DNA from: Takakia lepidozioides
Lineage: Eukaryota; Plantae; Bryophyta
Assembly: GCA_030704615.1 (NCBI GenBank)
Contig: CM060732.1
Span: 6,634,001 to 6,698,000, forward strand
Direction of reading: 5' to 3'
Length of the DNA stretch: 64,000 bases
Positions 12,168 to 23,686 of the stretch are shown piece by piece; the stretch's first letter is position 1; the number at the start of each line of letters is the position of its first letter. The translations under genes were made by a program, and so were the position numbers. Under the pieces are notes generated by a model. That model was not told where the DNA came from and ran no database searches. It was given only the letters and a program-made list of their open reading frames with translations.

Positions 12168-14850
12168 TGTGATCTTTAAAGATCATCTTTTGAATCTGTA
12201 TCTTAACTCCTCTTATCAAGCCCAATGGCTGAACACTTCTTTGATCTGCCATTGTTACTGTGAATGGGGCTGGTTTCATGTTACTTAGACCAAGCTTCTG
12301 CCTTAATTGGTCTGTCATGATATTCACTCTAGAGCCTCCATCTATCAGTACATCAGTCAAGTCTGTGCTTCCAATTCTCAATTGGATTATTGGCATAGAA
12401 TCATCAAAGTCCATGACTGTTTCTCGCCCTTCTGGCTTCACAGTATAGCTTGTCACCTTGCTGTTCAGGTCTGTGTTCCCTGTCACATGAGCAATCTGAT
12501 TAATTGCTTGATAAAGCCTGTGCCTACAATGAGGTGCCACAGCCAATAGCTGTCCAATGGTAATCTTCGTTTTGGACTGGCATATTACTTCAGCCAAAGT
12601 CCCTTCAGTACCCTGCACTTGTACAACTTCTTTCTTCACTTCATCCTCACTCACTTCATCTTCTCTTTCAGAATTAGAGGAATCTGCCATAGGGATATCA
12701 GTACTCTTCTGCATTTCCATTAAGGTATTAGCCACTTCCTTGTGCAGTTCCTTCTCATCTCTCCAAGCCTCGTCATCTTCACGCACATCACTGCCATCTT
12801 CATTATCATTATCTTCCTCATCTACTGGAGGTATTAGTTTAGCTTTGCTTTTGGTTACTATCATTGTACTTACTTCTGGTACAACACATGGCCTAACCAT
12901 GTGAGCTGCCACCACTGGGCCCTCATTCACAGGAGCTCTCATCTCATTCTGGTGTCTAATCCAGAATGAACAGGCTGCCTTGCGATGTCCTGCCTGATTA
13001 CAATAGTAACACAGTTCTTCACCATTGGGTCCTCGCCCTTGATCTGCTCTGGGATTATTTCTATAATCCTGATTCCCTGGCTGGTAATTCCCCCTTGGAT
13101 TACCCTGATAGTTGCCTCTGGGATTGCCTTGGTAATTCCCTCTTGGATTACCTCTCCCTTCCATACCATTGTTATAACCACCAGGCCTACCATAGTGGTC
13201 CTGATCATTGTTTCTTTCTGGTTGGGGCTGCACTTGATGCACCCTTACTTGCCTAGGTTCTCTTGTCGTTGTCCTTCTGTTGTAATAACAATTCTCAGTA
13301 GAATGGTTATCTATTTTACAGATAGTACAATGTTTCTCCTTCATATGGCATTCAGCTGTGGTATGGCCTTCATTCTGGCATTTTGCACACCAAACACCCT
13401 TCCTCCAACGTGTTGCAGCCTCTGTGGCATACTTCTTCAAAATTTCTTCCAATCTTTTCTCATAGTTATCCCTCTTCAACTTTTCCTTCTTTTTACTCTT
13501 CCTTTTGAGCTCTTGCTCATCTTCCTCATCTGACTCATCCTCAGAGTCCTCATCATCCCTTTTCTCTCTCCTGAGCATTCCCAATTGCTCAATTCTGTTA
13601 GCTGTTTCAAATGCCTCCTCCACTGTATTATGGGGTAACATATCCACTTTCTTTTGCAACTCTGGTCTTAGTCCACTCACAAACCAAGTCTTTTGTAACC
13701 CTGGTGCTGGTACAGTAGCCAGCTTTTTCATCATTAATTCCATCTTTTCCATGTACTCTTCATCAGTTTCATGCTTCTTTTGCCTTAACTGTTGTAAACT
13801 TCCATACACTTCGTCCTCAGTTTTGCTTGTCCTGAACCTGTTTCGGAACGCCGTACTAGGGCCATTCCAGGTTAGGAAATGATTATCCGGAAATCTTGCA
13901 TACCATTCACTTGCTTTCTTGATAAGTGAATAAGGAAACAGTCTCATCTTGGCATCATCGCCATTCTCATTGTTCACAATACACATGTGCTCAAATTGGC
14001 TAATGTGTACATCAGGATCCCCTTTTCCTGCATATATTGGAAAAGGTGGCTTTGCCCGTGTTGGAGGTACCGCCATCTGTGGCCCTACACCCTGCCCCCT
14101 GACAGGTGCTGGTCCTCATGTTTGTGCTGGTCCTTGAGGACCTGTTGTTGTAGTGGTGGATCTTCCACCAGATGCTGGCCCCTGAGCACTCCCTGCTACT
14201 GGCCCCACTGTATTCTTAGTATCCCCAACTCCAGTTGCACTACTTCCCACACTCCCTGTCCCCCCAGAGCCTCCCCCTGAGCTGACACCTTTGTTGGCAT
14301 GTGATCCAAGTGTTCCACTTGATCCAAGTCCAACAGGTTGGATGTCCTGGTTATAGTCTCAACCTCAACTGTTGGGTCTACTTCTTCATACTCTTCCTCT
14401 CCATTTCTTCTCTCTGTTTTCATCTTCCAAGTTCATTTCTTGGATTTCTTCTTCCTCACTCATGTAACTCAACTGAAGTGGTGTGGGAGAGTCTGAACTC
14501 TCCGTTGGCTCTGCCACATCCTCCTCTCCTTCCTTGTCTTGTGCTTCAGAAACTGGAGTTCCTGCTTTTGGTGTTCCATGCCAACTTTGATCAAAGATTT
14601 CTGTCAAATCTTTAATCCAAGGATGTACCTCAGATCTTTCACCTTGTGGTTGATCTTCTTCCTGTACCAATTCCCTTAATCTTTCTTGTAAAGAATAAGA
14701 AGGAGTCGCATCCAACTCTGGTTCCTCCGGTATGGGTGATGTACTCTTCGATCTTAATGGTGTGAGAGGTCCAGTTGATTCTCCTATGTCTATTCCTCTC
14801 TCCCAAAGATATGGATAATTAGCTTTCAAATAACTTTCTCTTTTTGCTGA
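12145..14850 (-). pseudogene. gag: Gag and aspartic protease of copy 1
   Basis: GDPDVHISQFE, LFPYSL..KASEWY, three CCHC knuckles, GNPRGNYQ repeats, protease VLIDGGS. Confidence 0.9.
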
Positions 14851-15539
14851 ATAAATTATGATTGAGGTCATGACTTTGGAATGAGGAGATCGTCCACTAG
14901 AGAACTGAATATTAAAAGCAAACATTTTTTTTGGGCAAAGCAGTACATTCATTCCAACACACAATCATTTTTCAATTCCGCAATCCGAAGACCTATTTTA
15001 GGCAATCCCCAACTGTACTTACGGGAACGCGCAAAGAACTTGAAAAACAGTTTGGAGATGGAAGCAAAACCAAAATACAATTTATTGAGCCTCGGTACTT
15101 GAACCTAAAGAAATATTGGCGGTTTCAGAGGAACCACTTCCAGAGTGTACAGCAATATCATCTATGAATACAGCAGCACATCCATGACGTTTTTTTTTTC
15201 CTCGACCTTCATGGAGATGCGAGTACAGTGTTTGTTCGGATAATACCCGTGCGCAAGCTATCTAGGGGGGCTCGGGGACATGTAGTATCCTTGGAAACCG
15301 AAAGGCGTCTGCTGATTCGATGACTGGTGCTGAACTCTGCAAAGCAAGAAGAGGAATGGTGGTATATGTTAACATCCAGATATAGACACAAAAGCCACTA
15401 TTTCTCGAATGGGAACGACACAAGGAAATGCACATTTTTTGCACGAGTACACAAGAACTTACTCACACTCAAAATCGGAGTCCACGTCCAGCTCGTCAGG
15501 CGCTTCGGGCTCCTCCAGAAGTCCCTTTGTGGATGGGGC

Positions 15540-16450
15540 AGAAGTAGTCCCGACTCAAGCTGACGAAGCTCGCTTGAGAAGAGCTCCGTATCAGCTTCCA
15601 TGCCGAAGAAGTGCCTTCCGGCGCTCTTGCAAGCATGAAAACATGCTCCTGCAAATCCAAGAAGAACGAGAAATAAAAACCGGGTTTCCCTAAGGTCACT
15701 GCCCATATGTCAAACACAATGTGAAGGGCCCCACTTGTGCCCATAGACAAGTCAACCACTCGTCCACCATGACGGCTGCATGTCTCCACCAAAGTCTGCA
15801 TGAAAGCTGGAGATTTCTCCCGTGCACCTCTCCAAGGGACACCATTCGTCCTTTCATAGTCCGACCCGAGTCGACGTAATTGAAGATAACATCATCCTCC
15901 ACAGGCTTGCAGGTGGGGTCAATGTGAGCTGCAAGGTCCCTCAACTGAAACTCAGCAACACCAGCAGGAAGAGTGTCTGTCCGCCTCACCAGGCACAAAG
16001 CTTCGAAACTCGTGTCTGTCATTAATCACGAAGACAGAATGAGACAAAAGACATAACCCACCATTTTGATTTACCGGAAAACCACGAAACATCAATTGAA
16101 AGGAACCAACTCACTTTCTGCCCGGGAACTCGCCCTTCGTAAGAGGCAGAGTATTGATGCATGTCCAAGTTTTGATGACACGAAACCCGGAAGCTTTCAT
16201 GTAGCTGAAAAGAGTTCTTCGAGCCGACATGTCCTTTGACTGCATGAGAAGAAGAGCCCCGAGTCCGAAAGGAACTTGTTGCTAAATGAGAAAGCCCATT
16301 GCCAGTAACGAGAATCCGATTGTTCCAAGTCGGGGTCGAATTGGAAGGAAACACATCAGGGACAGGAAAACCGTCAGGAATGTCCAGCACCACAAGTCAG
16401 TCGCGTATGCCTGTTGAACTCCATTCACCATTCCGGACTTTGTGACCTAC
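15540..16450 (-). CDS. Exons encoding beta-class (motif IV before motif I) amino-methyltransferase-like domain
   Basis: Motif IV-like DL-VVLDIPDG upstream; then WRGAREKSPAFMQTLVETCSRHGGRVVDLSMGT / intron / GACFHACKSAGRHFFGMEADTELF, matching the N6_N4_Mtase pattern K P..L...LI...S..GD.VLDPF.GSGTT..A....GR..IG.E.D. Confidence 0.72.
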
Positions 16451-17304
16451 AGCCAAAAACATGAGACATTGTAAGAAGCCCAATCCAAATCTAACAGGAG
16501 ATCAATCCCCTGGACAAGCCACAACAAGCTGCCAAACACAATTATTCATACAACAGTTTAGACATAAGTTTTCACCTGAGTGTGGGAACGAAACAAGCAT
16601 GTCCCACGATTTCGAGGGCACCCTTTGAATGTGGACTTCCTCGACCCATCATTGAAAGAAAACTTTCATTCAGCACCTTACGATAGATAGAACTGGCCCA
16701 AAACCCTGGAGGGATGTTCTCTCGCCTCGAAAACTTGCTCCCTGGACTTTGAAGTTCTCCTATCCCTCCTTGCGGGAGAAGGTTGTCTTTCAGGAACCTC
16801 TGATGGTCCTGTCCTTGCGGAGCTGCACTTTCCCCTTCCCCTTCGGATCCCCGACAACCTTCCCCCTTTCTTTTGGAGTAGCAGTTTTCTCGCGCTCTTT
16901 TGCAGCCAGAGCCGAAATGATTATGTCCTGGATGTCTTTCTCAGCCATGGGGCAATCGCTGCGGCATTGTCGTTCAGGGTTTCTCAAAACAACTTCATCG
17001 AATGGGTGTCCTGTTTTGGCACGTCGAGGTACCACCCCACAGTCTCGGAAGTGCGCCCTGCTCCAGTCTTTGGCAATACCAGCCGTGTACATTGTCTTGT
17101 CATTGGAGGGGTCAGCCCATGAAAAGATGAAGTCTGGGTCATCGCTAAGGTACTTTCCCGGTATGAGGATGATACCTATACCTGAATCACATACAAAAAA
17201 CGCAGACAGTCATTCGATCAGAAAACGAAATAGAACACACATCCGAAAAAGATATTGAAATGCAGGAATGCAAAACTGAAATTCTACTTTTGAAATCCCG
17301 AATT

Positions 17305-20300
17305 AACCTTGCGTTGACGCAATGTTCATTCTAGCAGAAATGGGGAACACCAAATGATAATGTTGTATTGATAGAGACAACGAATGGAAGCGCGATTCAA
17401 CATTGCTTCAACGCAAGGTTGTTTTAGGGTTGAGGAGGAAATGGAAACTGCATGAAAACTACCCATCAGACTATGTATTGGTGCGGATATTCAACATTGC
17501 GTTGGCGCAATGTTGAAATCCTCTGTTGAAAACATGTCAATGGTATCTGATAATCATAAGTTTCCTACAATTGTATTGAAAATAGGTGGATGGCTGCGGG
17601 AAATTTGCAGCAAACCATACCGCCAAAACAACTTGCGTCAACGCAAGTCGTTTGTTGGTACACTTAAAGTTGAAAATAGCATTTCAAACCGACTCAAAAC
17701 ATACTTATGTTCATTGGCAGCATTGGAACTGGATTTGAACTGCCCCAAACCACAGGAAAAGCTACATAGCCTGACACTTCATCAACCTTGCGTTGACGCA
17801 AGGCTGATTTTCTAGTCAGTTTATCCCTTTCACATTCAGAAAAACGGAATTATGGGATACCCAGGTATAGGTAAGTGAAACCAGGACAATGGGAATCAAC
17901 CTTGCGTTAACGCAATGTTGCTCGACTGCACAGCAGCCCTCAGAGATATCGCAAAGCACTGCAAATTCGCAATTCCTTATGGAAAGAAGACACAAGATTG
18001 CAGAAACATGCCCTTCAAGCACCAATTTTGATTCAAGGAGGTCACACCTGTACAACACTCGCTTCATTGCTTGCTCGCTGTTGTACTGGTTTTTGAATAA
18101 GACCTGGAGATTCCTTTCTTTCTCAAACTCCCTGAAGAAGCTGTTGTTCCAGTCAACGAGCTTCCATCTCCTGATATAGGCCTCCAGTGTGATCCGGGGG
18201 CAAGCCATCTGGATTTTGTAGTCTGCCATCGACTCAGCAAGTGCAGCCACTGCACGTTTTCTAACTGCAACAAGAAAGCTCGTAAGAATTTTCAAGAGGT
18301 TACGGAGCATCAAAAATGTCTGAAATGGTTTGGTTCAAACCTTACCTGGCTCCAGAATGTGGCTTTGTGTAGCCTGGTCGAATGTGTGGTCGCTAACAAC
18401 TCTTATTGCTTATGTCTTCGGTCCCTCTCTGGAGTTGGGAACATGTTCGTGTCTCACAAGAGGATCCGAATTCCATATCTCAAACCACTGATTTTGGTTG
18501 CATTGTCCACCATTGAAATGGAAGGGATGTAGTTTTCTCTTGAGTCATTTCTGGCTTGGAGCCATACTTATCATAGTGTGCTTTCACCTGTTCATCTCGA
18601 ACTTCATAATGTCCTCAAGCCCAGTTGCAGACCGATGCTCTTGTGTGGGAATCATAGTACTCTGCTTTCGCCTTCAATCCAGTTTCTGCTATTTCTTGCT
18701 GCAACATAACAGGTAAAAAGATATCAAAGACTGCAATTTCATCACAAAATTTGCAGTATTAACAGGCAAAAGGTGTCAAAAAGCTTACAGTGTACATGTA
18801 CTCAAGAAAAGCCTCCCTTGTCAAGCTGTACCATGTGCTTGTCTTCTTCTCAGCACACCTCTTCATCTGCTGAGGACTGAGCACGTTCGTGAATGACTCC
18901 AGTGGCATCAGCCCTACTTTCTGGATGCGGAATAGAGTGTGGCACAGATTGGTCGTCACATGAGATGTTTCATTGGACCTGGAAAAACCTTCAACTCATA
19001 AGATGATTTCAAATTGTCGAAACAAGTAACAGACACAAAGTTGGAAACTTACTTGTTTATGACGTGCATGGCTGTCAAGAGCTGCGTGACACGTCCTTTG
19101 TGATCGAGAACCATGGAAACCACGCTCCAGTGCCATTCGATGTCATCCGAGTGCAAGCTTGAAATGTAATCCATCCAGGCAAGCAGTCTATGGTTCCCAT
19201 CCCAGACAAAAAACATCTTTCCCATGAATGCTTTTGTGGAGGCCTTTTTGGACAGCTTGAACTCGAACTCCCTATTTACATCCCGCCAGCATGCATCCCA
19301 ACCTTGCTCAATGTCCTCTGTTACAAGACACTCCTCTCCTTTCGTGTTCATAGTGGATACGTAGAACACTGCTGATCCCTTAACATAGCCGTGAACAAAG
19401 TCGTTCTTCAACTTCGTTATATCGTTCCTCAAAGCCGGTCGAACAGCGGGCATGGAGATCATCTTGCACAGCGGAATGACCAGGTTTCCGCTCGGAACCT
19501 CCATCGACAGAATCACCTTCGACGAGTTCACTTTTTGCCCACCAATTATCTCCTCGGCCTTGTCTTCATAGTTTCCCTCCAATGCATCTTCCTCACCTTC
19601 ACCTTCTGACGAGGCCAAATCTTCCCCCTCGGATTTTCTTTTTCTTTTCCTCTGCACAGAATGAATTATCTGTGAGTGACAGATTGAGCACCCATGGATC
19701 AACATTGCTTTGACGCAAGGTTGATTGATGGGGATGTAGTTTAGACTGAAAAGCATACAGGAAAGACTTTTCAAGCAAAAAAGTGCTTTGCGTGGACGCA
19801 GGGTTCTTTTGGGAGCTTCAACTAATCAACTTTTGCTACCTTACATTTCAGGATATGAGAGATCGGACGCCTCCATTGAACAAAAAACTCATCAAAACCA
19901 GCCTTGCGTCAACGCAATGTTGATTTGTAGTGTGAAAAGAAGGGGCGTGAATCCCCTTCTGTGCAAGTCTAGTTGTGCTCCTCCCCAGGTCAATTGGAGG
20001 GAAGGAAAGGAGCTCTCCTCTCAGGTGATCCAACCATCGTCACTCGGTGTGGGTTTCCCTCAGGTCCTTCATGATCAGAGTTCACACAATCCTCATCCAC
20101 GCCGCAGCGGAAGAGAAGACATGGATGGGGAGTCTGTATTGTTTTCACCCGTGGTTCTACTTCTACACGACATCCTCTCCCTGGTACACTGCACCAGCCA
20201 TGTTACCATGTTGTCTTCAGTGATGCAACCAGCCCTACGTCAGTGATGACCACTGCCCTTGTGGGCAGCTCCCTTGGTCAGCAACAAGTGGAATCCCCTT

Positions 20301-22529
20301 TGTAATAAGATCACAATTTGGAAGGAGGCAACTCAGATCTGCCATGAGTTGCAGGCCCACCAGTTTGGCCCTTCATGGGTTCATGCTTTCTTTATCTTAC
20401 CGCCCCAATCATCCATTCCTCTCCATCCCCTCTTGCTGGTCAGCTCTCTCCCTTATGTCCTTTTCTCTCTCCCTCTCTCTTTCTTTCAGGGTGAGTAGGT
20501 TCCTCACTCTTTCCACTGTAGCATGTCTATGATGCAATGCAATGCGCATTCAGCCAAGCATCCAGTGCACCCAGCATTGAAATCAACCTTGGTCACACAA
20601 GATATAATCAGCCCTTTTATCAGTCCCTCTCTTGCCAATGACAGATGCTTCACACTCCACTTTTCCCAGGTGTAGCCATTTGCCCAAGACAGCTCTCAAC
20701 CCTTCTACAGGTCTCAATTTACACACCCTAACAGCTCTCTTTTTCCCATCAACTGTGAACCTCGGTGGTTCACATGCTGAGAGCACCCTGAGAATCAGAT
20801 CCAAACCCAAACAGATGTTGGTTTTTCTGCCCCATCCACATCATCCCTTCTTGTTGTTTCCAAACAGTTCTATCTAACTCTCACTAGTTTCCTCTACCTA
20901 CTAAGCTAGTTCCACATTGACTGCAATGTGTCAACATCCCAGGCTAGATTGTTTGTACAAGCTCATGACGCTGAAACAAGGAACAAGAATACAACAGCAG
21001 CAACCATTCTGTCCCAGCAACGAATCAACCCTGTTTCCATTCATTTTTCCTACTGTACAATGTAACAGCAGGTGCATCCATCTCCAGTCCATCCTGGTTT
21101 GAAGTCCAGTGTCTTCATTCCATTTCCAAAGCTCTTTTTCTTCCTCACATGTCAGTGTCTCTTACTACATACAAGAGACAGTCCAAACTTCACAAAGCGA
21201 TTTCTAAGTCCAAAAAGAGAAGGCCACTCTTCAAACTTATCTGTCTTATACTCATTGAAGCGGTGGGTCTGCCTGTCACGAAGGCACCTTGTCCTCTCCC
21301 TCGTCAGCCATTTCCGACGTCTCTTCTTATCGTGATTCCAGTCCTCATTAAGGCATGACGGCTCTGCTTCAGCTGCTGGCACATCCTTGTGCCTGCCAAC
21401 CTCTACCCTATCCTTCTACATGTGCATTTCTTCCCTATGAAGTGATCTGGTCCTACAGCCTTTAAGACAGAGAGCAGATACAAAACTTAATTATAGATAG
21501 CTTAAGCGCCATACACACCAGAAGGCGGCACCGCTTCCTCTTGCACAGAATGCCAAGCCAGATCCCTTAACGTCGCTCTTTAAGGCAAGCTGATTCCCTT
21601 ACAAAGTGATCTGGTCCTAAAGCTCAAAAACAGACAGCAGCTACAAGATTTGATCACAGACAACCTGAGGCGCTATACACACCAGCCTACATTTCTCATC
21701 CCCCAACACCTGCTGAGCCGCTCCATCTCCTCATTAATGTGCTCATCAAGACAATGGCGACAGCAGTGGTGCACCGCCCTTATCACAAACCTGATCCCTC
21801 TGGTTTGATCATTGCTTACGAAGAAGGCGGCACCGCTTCTTCTTGCACAGAAAGCCAAGCATGAGCTCTTAACATTTCTCTTAAAAGCAAGCTGATACCC
21901 TTTGCGTAGGTGGAACTTTCTCAGATATCCTGTGCTGCCAACACCACTGCAGCAGCTGCGAAAAGATACACGCATTCTTCCCCTTCGAATTTCACATCCT
22001 GCTTCTAGGGTTCAACATCATGGATGAAAATCATTCATCCTAGGGATGAAAAAGGCGCATGTCATAACTTAGCCATATTTTGTTCTTGGCAGATCAATAG
22101 CATAGTCTTTCCATGGAATTACCTCAAGTTATGGACAATTCCTCCCCTTCATTAGCACGAAGGGCACTCCCTTTGTAGTAGTGCCGAAACCTGATGCCAA
22201 ACAAAAACTTGAATTTTTACCCCCTGCACTCACACTACAGATTCATGTGCGGCATCTGTTCATTTCACTAGAAGTTCTATCATACACAATGGAGGTAGGC
22301 ATCAACCTTGCATTGACGCAAGGTTGATTGCGAGCTCTCGGATCGGTGTTGAACAAACACAAAAGCTACAGGAAAAGTTGATTGTTGTCTCTTCTTCTTC
22401 TTCGAACTTGATGATGCGTCGCAAGCATCCATGTCTGTCTAGCTTGATTGTAGAGCAGCATCTGCACTGTTTTCATGCACAATATATACACTTGGGAGGT
22501 CGACTTCAACCTTGCGTTGACGCAAGGTT
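17305..22529. repeat. Ten dispersed copies of the element-A 22-bp palindrome AACCTTGCGT-YR-ACGCAAGGTT, all intronic
   Basis: Copies start at 17305, 17399, 17493, 17629, 17784, 17898, 19701, 19900, 22304 and 22508. Confidence 0.92.
19053..19651 (-). CDS. Exon encoding ParB/Sulfiredoxin-like N-terminal domain
   Basis: IPLCKMISMPAVRPAL...DITKLKNDFVHGY...FYVS...MFFVWDGNHRLLAW; DGxHR is the ParB/Srx signature. Confidence 0.75.
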
Positions 22530-23686
22530 GATGTCGACCTCAATGCTTAGCAAGAACCAGAAAGAATCAGAGAGAGAGAAAGAGAGTTCATAGCCACCTC
22601 CGGTTTCTTCTTTGCACTTGATGATGCTCCTGACGCATTCAATCTTTCCATTTCGTCTGGAGGTAGCATGCTTCCAAGGAGGTCCCGATGGTGCGAAACA
22701 AGGGCAGACGGCATCGTTTCCGCGTCCGTTTGTTCTCCCTGCTCTTTGAAGACCTGTTTCTCTACTCGCAGTGCTTCCTCCCTAGCCCAGCTCACTTCCT
22801 CGTCCTCCCCCCCTTCTATTGGAGGTTGCTCATCGGTCGCCTCCGGGATCACTTCAAGACCTTCCTCTCCACACTGCGGTTGCAGAATCCTGTTCTGCCC
22901 TTCGTCTTCCTCTACGCCGGATGTTTCTTCTCCCATTCTAAGTTCCCGTCTCGCCTTCCTCATCCTCTCCTTAGCGCGTGCCCTTTGCTTCTTTGATGTG
23001 AAATAAAATGTTCTTCGACGCTTGCTTCTCCCTCGGAATGGGGTCACCGTCTCTGCAGAATCCATGGTTGCAAAGACAATAACGAGAAGAGGGAAAAAAG
23101 AGGACTATGGGAGGTTCATCGCAAGGCCTTCAACGCCAAGATGTTCGCTCGCAACGTTCAGTGCGCCACTGACTCATTCCACATGCATGGCGAACACGTG
23201 TCCATCTAATCGTTATGAAATATCGGCGGAGATCATTGGATCCTCATCCATTCAAAAACCGTTGGGGTCTAATCACCTCCCATCTGAAAAAGTTCGTTAT
23301 TCTGGCATGTTCCAGAGGAATGTCAAGTGTGTACAGTTGTACAGCGGTGTAGGTGCCGTTAAAATTAAATGGAAATGGGCATCTCTCCTGGCCTCTCTGA
23401 CATGACAACCAAACGGCGGCTCTGTCAGTCAATCTGTCAACGAATGCACTGGTGGGGCACTTGTGAAAAAACAGTTGGATTCTAGGATTAGGGCTGACAT
23501 TATGACCATGCGCTTGGTTTGCATGGGGAGACATTTCACAGAAGTGGAAACCCGCGTTAGGAGATCTGCAAGCCGGAGCGATACCTGCAATTCTCTGTGA
23601 GGACGCCAAAAACTCCGCTCCCACACAATTTGCATTCACAAGCACGGTCGGACTGTGAACTCTACTTTCTGAAGCAACATCGACAT

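Larger units (their letters stand above)
3658..14853 (-). mobile_element. Ty3/gypsy non-chromovirus LTR retrotransposon, copy 1 (5' LTR lost)
   Basis: gag-PR-RT-RH-INT order on the minus strand, extra ORF, PPT and 3' LTR; homology to copy 2 stops at ~14853. Confidence 0.9.
15262..23065 (-). pseudogene. Spliced cargo gene: basic/acidic N-terminus, ParB/Srx-like domain, C-terminal N4C/N6A methyltransferase-like domain (frameshifted copy)
   Basis: Approximate exons 22600-23065, 19053-19651, 18789-18979, 18345-18700, 18046-18266, 16575-17182, 16110-16450, 15736-16000, 15465-15648, 15262-15337 with GT..AG boundaries; exons and intron positions shared with copies B and C. Confidence 0.7.

Noticed and set aside
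15262-19774. Bacterial or phage contamination as the source of ParB and MTase motifs
   Set aside because: The motifs are split by GT-AG introns at positions shared among three copies and are embedded in plant transposons.
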